Assembly (NCBI GenBank): GCA_964460485.1
Contig: CAYWRY010000002.1
Span: 4,243 to 68,242, forward strand
Reading direction: 5' to 3'
Length of the DNA: 64,000 nt
Origin: an uncultured Spirochaetales bacterium
GTDB taxonomy: Bacteria > Myxococcota_A > UBA9160 > UBA6930
Numbering within the stretch: the first letter of the stretch is position 1; each line of letters starts with the position of its first letter. Under the pieces are notes generated by a model. The model did no database searches. It was not told the DNA's origin and was given only the letters and a program-made list of their open reading frames with translations. This document shows positions 54,301 to 62,008 of this stretch, one piece after another. A program made the translations under genes and the position numbers.

Positions 54301-54440
54301 GCGAAGGCGCTCCTCGTTCTCTTGGCCTCGAGGTGTGCAGACGCACAGCTTACGACAGGCAAGGAAGGGGCGAGGCGACGTCGGTGGCAGGGCGAATGCG
54401 GCCGGCGGCGCCGCGCGCCGCGGCTGACCCGCTTCGAGCG

Positions 54441-54560
54441 CGGGCGACGCTTCGCGTCGCCGCTGGTCCTCCCTTCGGAAGAAGAGATCGCGGGCGACGG
54501 TTGGCGTCGCTTCTGGTCGGCGCCGCCGCTGGTTCTCGCTGCAGAAGAGGAAGAGAATGG
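54441..54560. repeat. Two imperfect direct repeats, each starting with a GGCGACG-N5-CGTCGC hairpin and ending in a purine-rich GAAGARGA block
   Basis: 54441-54460 (CGGGCGACGCTTCGCGTCGC) and 54491-54510 (CGGGCGACGGTTGGCGTCGC) are 18/20 identical and exactly 50 bp apart. CGCTGGTYCTC...GAAGA blocks follow both. The repeats lie in a divergent promoter region. Confidence 0.65.
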
Positions 54561-54583
54561 CGAAGTGAACCGGAGGGCGCGCG

Positions 54584-55489
54584 ATGACCCAAAGCTGGAC
54601 GCGTCGCCGCTTCCTGCGCGCGAATCTCTCCGCCGGGGCCGCGCTCGCCACGGGCAGCTTGCTCGGTTGCGGAGCCGCCGAGCCGCGGGCGCCGCACGTG
54701 CCGCCGCTGCGGCTCTCCTACGCGGGCTTTGCGATGGGCATCCAGAGCTTCTCGCTGCGCCATTACACGCTCCCGGCTGCGCTCGAGATCGTGGCCGCCC
54801 TCGGGCTCTCGCGCGTCGAGCTGATCCCCGAGACGAAGCTCGGCCCGTTCGGCTTCGACGGGCACCTGCCGGTGGACGCGAGGCCCCGCGCCCTGGACGC
54901 GGCGCTCGCGGCGTGCAGCGAGCGAGGCATCTCGATCGCGGCGCACGGCGTGAACGCCGTGAGAGACGCGGAGGCTGCGCGCGCTCTCTTCGCATTCGCG
55001 CAGCGGGCGCGCGTGCCCGTGCTCACGATCATGCCGAGCGACGATGCGCTGCCGGAGCTGGACGCGCTGTGCGCGGCAAATCCCGGCGTGCGCCTCGCGA
55101 TCCACAATCACGGCCCGCACCTGCCCTGGGAGACGGTCGACGAGATCCTCGCGGCGCTGGGCGGGCGGCACCCGAGCTTCGGCGCGTGCGTCGACACCGG
55201 TCACTTCATCCGCAGCGGCATCGATCCCGCCGAGGCGATCCGGCGCTTCGGCGCGCGCGTGCACGGCGTCCACCTGAAGGACTTCGTCGCGGAGGGCACG
55301 CTCGCGGAGGGCTGCATCCTCGGCGACGGGAAGCTCGATCTCGGCGCGGTCTTCCTAGCGCTGCGCGAGATCGAGTTCGCGGGCGCGCTGTCGCTCGAGT
55401 ACGAGGAGAATCCCGAGAACGTCGTGCCCGACCTGTCCGCCTGTCTCGAGGCGGCGTCGGAGGCGGCGGAGCGCGTGGCGCGCGGCTGA
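54584..55489 (+). CDS. TAT-exported sugar-phosphate isomerase/epimerase (xylose-isomerase-like TIM barrel) lipoprotein
   Basis: Twin-arginine signal TRRRFLRANLSAGAALA with the lipobox LLGC. AP-endonuclease-2/TIM-barrel motifs (IHNHG, CVDTGHF, SLEYE). Confidence 0.8.
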   Translation: MTQSWTRRRFLRANLSAGAALATGSLLGCGAAEPRAPHVPPLRLSYAGFAMGIQSFSLRHYTLPAALEIVAALGLSRVELIPETKLGPFGFDGHLPVDARPRALDAALAACSERGISIAAHGVNAVRDAEAARALFAFAQRARVPVLTIMPSDDALPELDALCAANPGVRLAIHNHGPHLPWETVDEILAALGGRHPSFGACVDTGHFIRSGIDPAEAIRRFGARVHGVHLKDFVAEGTLAEGCILGDGKLDLGAVFLALREIEFAGALSLEYEENPENVVPDLSACLEAASEAAERVARG

Positions 55490-55557
55490 TCGCGCGGCGC
55501 GCAGGCCCGTGCGCTCGCGCGGACGCGCCGATCTCCACTTGCCGCGCAGCTCCGAGG

Positions 55558-56688
55558 TCAGCCCGCCTGGCGCGCCCGCCACTTCGCGAACGCGAGCCGT
55601 TGAGCGGCGAGCTGGTGAGCGCGCGCCGTGTCCTCGGCCTCGCGCGGGAAGGCCGCGAGGCCGAAGCTCACGCGCAGCGTGATCGGCTCGCGCAGGCCGT
55701 CGCGCCGCAGCTCGATCGTGTCGAGCTCGTCGCGCAGCCGCTCGAGCCGCCGCTCGACGCCGGGATGGTCGGCCCCGCGCAGCGCGATCGAGAACTCGTC
55801 GTCGCCGGAGCGCCCGATCAGATCGGTGGCGCGGAAGCGGTCGGCGAGCGCGCTCGCGAGCCAGCGCAAGAGCGCGTCGGCGAAGGCCACGCCGTGGGTG
55901 CCGCGGATCGCCGGCAGCGCGGTGAACTCGATCTTCGCGACCATCAGCGGCTCGGTCGCCGCGCTCGCCTGCTGCTGCGCGGCCGCGAGGCAGCGCTCGA
56001 AGGCGGCGGCGTGCAGCGCTCCGCTGGCGGTGTCGAGGATGGCGACGCGCTGTAGGCGCTGTCCGCGCAGCGCGGCGAGCGTGGCTGCGACGCTGGCCGC
56101 GCAGCCCGCGAGCAGCGACGGCGCCGCGGCGGCGAGCGAGCCGCGCTCCGTGCCCGAGGCGTGGAGCGCGGCCAGCGAAAGCGAGCCGACGATACCGGCG
56201 AGCGCACACAGACGCGGGTCGCCGCGCGCGGCGAGCACCGCCATGCCCACGGCGAAAGCGGCGAGGAAGTGACCCGGGCTGACGCGCAGCGCGTGCGGGC
56301 CGAGCAGCTCCCAGGCGACGCCGCTGAGCGCCGCCGCGTAGAACGCGCTCACCGCCAGCACGCCCAGCGGATTCGCGCGCGGATGCTGGATGGAGTCGAG
56401 GCGCGTCGCGATGCCGAGGCCGGAGATCAGCGAGAGCAGGATCGTCCACCTGCCGATCGCACCGCCGGGAATCCACACGAAAAAGAGCGGCAGCGTGAGC
56501 AGCGCGAAGGCGGCGACGTGCGTTCGCGTTCGGTCGGTGAACGCCGCTGCGAGCAGCGCGTCTTCCGGCGCGCCGAACACGAAACGCTTGAGAGACTGCT
56601 GCGCGCGCGCCCATAATGCGCGCGGCCGTTGCGCGATGGGCAGCCCGAAGTCCCAGGTCGGGAGTGAACGCTCCGCGCTCGCTGTCAT
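55558..56688 (-). CDS. Membrane-anchored GGDEF-domain protein with a degenerate active site (GDDEF)
   Basis: About 6 N-terminal TM helices are followed by a GGDEF fold (LMVAKIEFTAL...; RSGDDEFSIAL). ATG at 56688 within ORF 55558..56916. Confidence 0.8.
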   Translation of the reverse strand: MTASAERSLPTWDFGLPIAQRPRALWARAQQSLKRFVFGAPEDALLAAAFTDRTRTHVAAFALLTLPLFFVWIPGGAIGRWTILLSLISGLGIATRLDSIQHPRANPLGVLAVSAFYAAALSGVAWELLGPHALRVSPGHFLAAFAVGMAVLAARGDPRLCALAGIVGSLSLAALHASGTERGSLAAAAPSLLAGCAASVAATLAALRGQRLQRVAILDTASGALHAAAFERCLAAAQQQASAATEPLMVAKIEFTALPAIRGTHGVAFADALLRWLASALADRFRATDLIGRSGDDEFSIALRGADHPGVERRLERLRDELDTIELRRDGLREPITLRVSFGLAAFPREAEDTARAHQLAAQRLAFAKWRARQAG

Positions 56689-56744
56689 GCCCCGTTTTCG
56701 GCCAGGCCTCGCGACATCTAGAGGCCATTCGCCGGGAGGACGAG

Positions 56745-59018
56745 ATGAAGCGGATCGCGCTCGTGCTGTTCGTCGTGGGGGTCGCCGCTGGCGCGCTCGT
56801 GCTCGCCGCGGGCAGCGGATGGCTGGGACAGAGCGAGGCGCCCGGGACGCCGCGCGGCGCGGCGCGCAACCCGGCACGCGTCGCCGCGGAAGAGGCCCAG
56901 ATTGCCGCGACCGCAAGCGCTCTGGCGGTGCCCGAGCCGAAGCAGATCCTGTTCGGCGACCTCCACGTCCACACCACGTTCTCGTTCGACGCGTTCATGC
57001 TGAGCATGCCGGCGCTGGTGGGAGAGGGCGCTCATCCGCCCGCTGACGCCTGCGACTTCGCGCGGCACTGCTCGGCCCTCGACTTCTGGTCGATCAACGA
57101 CCACGCCGAGGGCCTCACCGCCCAGAACTGGATCGACACCGTGGCATCGATCCGCCAGTGCGACGCGATCGCGGGTGACGGTCCGCGCCCCGACAGCGTC
57201 GCGTTCCTCGGTTGGGAGTGGACGCAGATCGGCACCACGCCCGCCGATCACTACGGCCACAAGAACGTGGTGTTGCGCGGTCTCGCACCGGAAGAGGTGC
57301 CCGCCCGCCCGATCGCCGCGGGAGGGCGCACGCTCCAGATTCGAGCGAGCGGCGGGCCGAGCTTCCTCGCGCGCAGCGTCGCCGCGCTCGCCGGCGGGCA
57401 TCCGCGCTATCGCGACCTCGCGCGCTACTTCGCCGAGCGCGACCCCACGAAGTTCTGTCCCGACGGCGTCTCGACGCGCGAGCTGCCCGTGGACTGCCTC
57501 GAGGTGGCCGACACGCCGGCGGTGCTGTTCGACAAGCTCGACGAGTGGGGCATCCCTGCGCTGGTGATCCCGCACGGCACCACCTGGGGCTTCTACACGC
57601 CGCTCGGCTCCACCTGGGACAAGCAGCTCGCCGGGCGCATGCAGGACGACGAGCGCCAGACGCTGCTCGAGATCTTCTCGGGCCACGGCGACTCGGAGAA
57701 GTACCGCGACTTCCGCGACGTCGAATACGACTCGCAGGGCAAGCCGTCGTGTCCACCCGTGCAGCCCAACTACCTGCCGAGCTGCGTGCGCGCGGGAGAG
57801 ATCATCCGCGAGCGCTGTCTCGCGGAGGGAACGGACGCGGGCGAGTGCGACGCGCGCGCTGCGCAGACGCGACAGCTGTACGTCGAGGCCGGCATCGCCG
57901 GCCATCTCGTCGTCGACGGCGAGAGCGGCGCGGACTGGCTCGACGCCGGGCAATGCCGCGACTGCGACCAGCCCGCCTTCAACTACCGGCCCGGCGGCGC
58001 CGCCCAGTACATCGCCGCGCTCGGCAACTTCGACGAGGACGCGTCGCGCCCGCGCCGCTTCCGCTTCGGCTTCCTGGCGGCGAGCGACAACCACTTCGCG
58101 CGGCCGGGCACGGGGTTCAAGCAGAAGAGCCGGCGCGGCAATACCGAGTCGAACGGCGAGCCCGTGGGCGGCATCCTCGCCACGCAGATGGCTGCGGAGG
58201 CGCGCCCGCCCGCCTCGCAGCCGCGGCCCTTCGTTGCTGGCGACTACTCCGGCTTCCAGCTCACCGAGGGCGAGCGGCAGGCCTCGTTCTTCATGATGGG
58301 CGGTCTCACGGCGGTGCACGCCGCCGGCCGCGATCGCGCCGCGGTGTGGGACGCCCTCCAGCGCCGCGAGGTCTACGGCACGACGGGGCAGCGCACGCTG
58401 CTCTGGTTCGAGCTCCTGAACGCGCCGGGCGGCCCGGCGCCGATGGGCGCGCAGGCGACCCTCGGGGAGGCGCCCGTGTTCCGCGTGCGCGCCGCAGGTG
58501 CGCTCGAGCAGAAGCCGGGCTGCCCGGAGGAGTCGACCACGGCGCTGGGCCAGGACGGCGTCGAGCGATTGTGCAAGGGCGAGTGCCACAACCCGGGCGA
58601 CGCGCGGCGCCCGATCACGCGCATCGAGGTCGTGCGCATCCGTCCCCAACAAGCGCCGGGCGAGCCGATCGCGAAGCTGATCGACGATCCGTTCCTCGTG
58701 CTGCCGTGCTCGGGCGATCCCGCCGGCTGCAGCGTGGAGTTCACGGACCCCGAGTTCCCCACGCTCGGGCGCGAGGTGCTCTATTACGCGCGCGCCTACG
58801 AGGCGCCGGACCAGGCGATCAACGCCGGCGGCATCCGCTGTGAGCGCGACGAGGCGGGCAACTGCATCCAGGCGCAGCTCTGCCCGGGGCCCGACGGCGC
58901 CGCCGACGACTGCCTCGCGCCGCGCGAGCCGCGGGCGTGGTCGTCGCCGATCTACGTGAGCTGGGCGGCGGTCGCGGAGGGGCAAGCGACCGCGGTCGCG
59001 CAGCGCCAGCGCGAGTGA
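56745..59018 (+). CDS. DUF3604-family protein (PHP-like metal-dependent hydrolase fold), membrane-anchored/exported, paralog 1
   Basis: N-terminal TM anchor. ILFGDLHVHTTFSFDA and FLGWEWTQ motifs are characteristic of DUF3604. Multiple conserved Cys pairs. ATG at 56745 follows GGGAGGA. Confidence 0.8.
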   Translation: MKRIALVLFVVGVAAGALVLAAGSGWLGQSEAPGTPRGAARNPARVAAEEAQIAATASALAVPEPKQILFGDLHVHTTFSFDAFMLSMPALVGEGAHPPADACDFARHCSALDFWSINDHAEGLTAQNWIDTVASIRQCDAIAGDGPRPDSVAFLGWEWTQIGTTPADHYGHKNVVLRGLAPEEVPARPIAAGGRTLQIRASGGPSFLARSVAALAGGHPRYRDLARYFAERDPTKFCPDGVSTRELPVDCLEVADTPAVLFDKLDEWGIPALVIPHGTTWGFYTPLGSTWDKQLAGRMQDDERQTLLEIFSGHGDSEKYRDFRDVEYDSQGKPSCPPVQPNYLPSCVRAGEIIRERCLAEGTDAGECDARAAQTRQLYVEAGIAGHLVVDGESGADWLDAGQCRDCDQPAFNYRPGGAAQYIAALGNFDEDASRPRRFRFGFLAASDNHFARPGTGFKQKSRRGNTESNGEPVGGILATQMAAEARPPASQPRPFVAGDYSGFQLTEGERQASFFMMGGLTAVHAAGRDRAAVWDALQRREVYGTTGQRTLLWFELLNAPGGPAPMGAQATLGEAPVFRVRAAGALEQKPGCPEESTTALGQDGVERLCKGECHNPGDARRPITRIEVVRIRPQQAPGEPIAKLIDDPFLVLPCSGDPAGCSVEFTDPEFPTLGREVLYYARAYEAPDQAINAGGIRCERDEAGNCIQAQLCPGPDGAADDCLAPREPRAWSSPIYVSWAAVAEGQATAVAQRQRE

Positions 59019-59151
59019 CGCCCAGTCAACCCGGATCCCGAACGAATTCCCTCTTTCGCCCGCAAGTGACTGCGTACACAATGCCGCGCCCTGTTGGGGC
59101 TCGCGGCTCGCACGCGCGCTCCGAGCTGGTGCCGCTCACAAGGAGACAGGA

Positions 59152-61854
59152 ATGCTCGCGCCCGCCCCCGCCGTGCGTCTCGCACGCACGCTCGCGCTCT
59201 CGCTCGCGCTCGCCACGCCGCTCTACGCCCAGGAGACCGAGCCCGCTCCCGCCGAGGAGACGGCTCCTGCCGAAGAGCTGGCGCCTGCGGAGGAGGCCGC
59301 GCCCGACTACGGCGTCGAAGAGATCACGATCACCGCGACCAAGCGCGCGCAGAACATCCAGGACGTGCCGATCGCGGTCACCGCGATCACGGCGGAGGGC
59401 CTCGCCGCGCGCGGCATCACGGACGTGAAGGACCTCCAGCAGGCTGCGCCGAGCCTCGTGATCACGGACTCGAACAGCACCACCAACGGCGGCGTGATCC
59501 GCATCCGCGGCATGGGCACCTCGGGCAACAACCCGGGCCTCGAATCCGCGGTCGGCTCGTTCATCGACGGCGTGTTCCGCGCGCGCGCCGGCCTCGCGCT
59601 CCAAGATCTAGTGGACGTGGATCGCGTCGAGGTGCTGCGCGGTCCCCAGGGCACGCTGTTCGGCAAGAACACGTCGGCCGGCCTGATCCACATCATCACG
59701 AAGCAGCCGGAGTTCGAGTGGAGCGGCCACGTGCAGGGCTCCGTCGGCAACTTCGACCTGCGCAAGGTGCAGGGCAGCATCACCGGGCCGCTCCTCGAGG
59801 AGAAGCTCGCCTTCCGCCTGGCGGGCCTGCTCCACGTGCGCGACGGCTACTACGACGACATCGACACCGACGACACCTTCGCCGACCGCGATCGCTGGGC
59901 GCTGAAGGGCCAGCTGCTCTGGGCGCCCACCGACGCGCTCGACTTCCGCCTGATCGGCGACTTCACCAAGATGCGCGAGCACTGCTGCCCGGCCACCTAC
60001 TCGGTGGTCGGCCGCAACGCGCGCCACATCGTCTCGCCCACGCTCGGCGGCCAGATCTTCGGGAACTCGGACGAGGCCGCGGTGCAGGCGCTGCTGAACA
60101 GCGGCGGCTTCACGACGAACGAGTACCGCAACGACGACAACCTCAAGGTCGGCACGAACCACGACCCGACCGAACAGGTCGACGACTGGGGCGTCTCGCT
60201 GGAGGGGAGCTGGGACCTCGACCTGGTCCAGGTGAAGGGCATCCTCGCGCACCGCGAGACGGACATCTTCCGCGCCCAGGACATCGACTTCACGAACGTC
60301 GACATCCTGATGCCCGGCGACACCGACGAGAAGTGGGAGACCTGGAGCCTCGAGCTCCAGCTCTCGGGCGTCGTCGAGTCGCTCGACCTCGACTGGCTGT
60401 TCGGCTTCTACGGCTCGACCGAGGACCTCGCGAACAGCTTCCAGGTGCTGATCGGCACGCAGGGGCCGCAGTACATCGGGCTGCTCGTGCAGCAGGCCAC
60501 GAACTCGGTGCCGATCGGCAACGCGTTCCAAGGCGTGTTCAACCCGGGCGAGGGCCGCGTGACCGCCTTCACGCAGGACAACAAGGGCTACTCGTTCTTC
60601 ACCCACAACATCTTCCACGTCACCGAGCGCTTCGACTTCACGATCGGCGCGCGTTACAGCTGGGAGCGCAAGGAGGCCACGGCGCTGCACGCCGGGACGA
60701 CCTTCGGGCAGATCTTCCGCTCGCCGTTCTGCGATCCGATGACGGGCTGGACTTCGCCGCCACTCACGCCCGGGCAGGCCGGAATTCGCAACGCCGTGGG
60801 TCTCAACCTGCGCACCACCGTCAGCAACACCTGCGACAACTTCAGCTGGAAGGGCGCCTACGACCGCGACGAGTGGAGCGGCACGATGCAGCTCGGCTAC
60901 GCGATCACCGACGAGATCAACGCCTACCTGAGCGCGTCGCGCGGGTTCAAGTCCGGCGGCTTCAATCTAGACCCGGACTCCTTCAACTGCATTCCGTCGG
61001 GGCTCGCCACCGGCGCGCAGCCGAACCCCGGCGACGTGCTGTCCGGAACCATCTGGTGCACGCCGGACAACAAGACGCAATTCGCGCCGGAGTTCACGAA
61101 CGCCTACGAGCTCGGCGTGAAGTCGACGTGGTTCGACGGCCGGCTGGTGGCGAACCTGGCGGTCTTCCACACCGACTTCAAGGACTTCCAGCTCAACACG
61201 TTCACCGGCCTGGGCTTCATCATCACGAACGTGCCGAAGGTGGAGTCGGACGGCGCCGAGCTCGAGCTCACCGCCTTCCCGTTCGACGGCATGATCGCCA
61301 ACCTGTCGATCACCTACGCCGACACGCGCTATGGCCACGACGACATCTGCTTCCAGCTGAATCGACCGGACCTCTCGGTGAACCGCTGCGCGGGCCAGCA
61401 GAACGCGGTGAGCGGGTGCGAGGACGACCCGCCGCTCGGCACCACGGTGCCGCCCTGCATCTCCTTCCCGCGCAACCAGATCGCGAACGGCCATCGCATG
61501 ACCCAGTCGCCCGCTTGGACGGGCAGCCTGCAGCTCTCGCTCAATCGCCCGCTCTTCGATACGGGCTGGTCCTGGTACGTCGGCGGGAACGTCTACTACC
61601 GCGGTCGCCACAAGACATCGTCTGATCTCGACGAGCTGAAGGCCGAGGACGCGCACTGGAAGCTGAACGTGCAGGCGGGCTTCCGCTCGCCGGGCGATCG
61701 CCTCGACATCCAGGCGTGGGTGAACAACGCGACCGACGAGATCGTGACGACGGCCAACTTCGACACGGTCTTCCAGGCCGGCAGCTTCAGCGCCTTCAAG
61801 CAGTCGCCGCGCATGTACGGCGTGACCGCGACCTACCATTTCGGCGAGTACTGA
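59152..61854 (+). CDS. TonB-dependent outer-membrane receptor
   Basis: Signal peptide, plug domain (EEITITATKRAQNIQDVPIAV, RVEVLRGPQGTLFGKNTSAG), and a long beta-barrel with an aromatic C-terminus. RBS is AAGGAGA. Confidence 0.9.
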   Translation: MLAPAPAVRLARTLALSLALATPLYAQETEPAPAEETAPAEELAPAEEAAPDYGVEEITITATKRAQNIQDVPIAVTAITAEGLAARGITDVKDLQQAAPSLVITDSNSTTNGGVIRIRGMGTSGNNPGLESAVGSFIDGVFRARAGLALQDLVDVDRVEVLRGPQGTLFGKNTSAGLIHIITKQPEFEWSGHVQGSVGNFDLRKVQGSITGPLLEEKLAFRLAGLLHVRDGYYDDIDTDDTFADRDRWALKGQLLWAPTDALDFRLIGDFTKMREHCCPATYSVVGRNARHIVSPTLGGQIFGNSDEAAVQALLNSGGFTTNEYRNDDNLKVGTNHDPTEQVDDWGVSLEGSWDLDLVQVKGILAHRETDIFRAQDIDFTNVDILMPGDTDEKWETWSLELQLSGVVESLDLDWLFGFYGSTEDLANSFQVLIGTQGPQYIGLLVQQATNSVPIGNAFQGVFNPGEGRVTAFTQDNKGYSFFTHNIFHVTERFDFTIGARYSWERKEATALHAGTTFGQIFRSPFCDPMTGWTSPPLTPGQAGIRNAVGLNLRTTVSNTCDNFSWKGAYDRDEWSGTMQLGYAITDEINAYLSASRGFKSGGFNLDPDSFNCIPSGLATGAQPNPGDVLSGTIWCTPDNKTQFAPEFTNAYELGVKSTWFDGRLVANLAVFHTDFKDFQLNTFTGLGFIITNVPKVESDGAELELTAFPFDGMIANLSITYADTRYGHDDICFQLNRPDLSVNRCAGQQNAVSGCEDDPPLGTTVPPCISFPRNQIANGHRMTQSPAWTGSLQLSLNRPLFDTGWSWYVGGNVYYRGRHKTSSDLDELKAEDAHWKLNVQAGFRSPGDRLDIQAWVNNATDEIVTTANFDTVFQAGSFSAFKQSPRMYGVTATYHFGEY

Positions 61855-61873
61855 TCGCCGCGTTCGCCTAGCC

Positions 61874-61906
61874 TGAGGCCGGCGCGCTCCCGGGAGCCGC
61901 CGGCCT
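61874..61906. terminator. Terminator-like hairpin after the receptor gene (GAGGCCGGCG-N13-CGCCGGCCTC)
   Basis: Perfect 10-bp stem, 20 nt after the stop at 61854. Confidence 0.5.
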
Positions 61907-62008
61907 CTCGCATTCTGCGCGCACGGTCGCGGATTCGGCCGCAGTGCGCGTGTTTCGCGGCGAAAAACGCGCGCGGACGTGGCACGCTCGGCTGCGCGAG
62001 GAGTGCGC

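Noticed and set aside
59019-59151. Riboswitch (for example cobalamin) or Fur box upstream of the TonB-dependent receptor
   Set aside because: No B12-box-like or Fur-box-like sequence, and no extended conserved structure, could be recognised by eye in the 133-nt leader. A weak sigma-70-like -10 (TACACAAT) is not supportable without a matching -35.
61981-61997. Sigma-54-like -24 element TGGCAC upstream of the second DUF3604 gene (also TGGCAC at 48803)
   Set aside because: The -12 element is out of register, because GC is displaced by one base (GCTGC instead of TTGC at the right spacing). The site would also place the transcription start inside the RBS/ATG.
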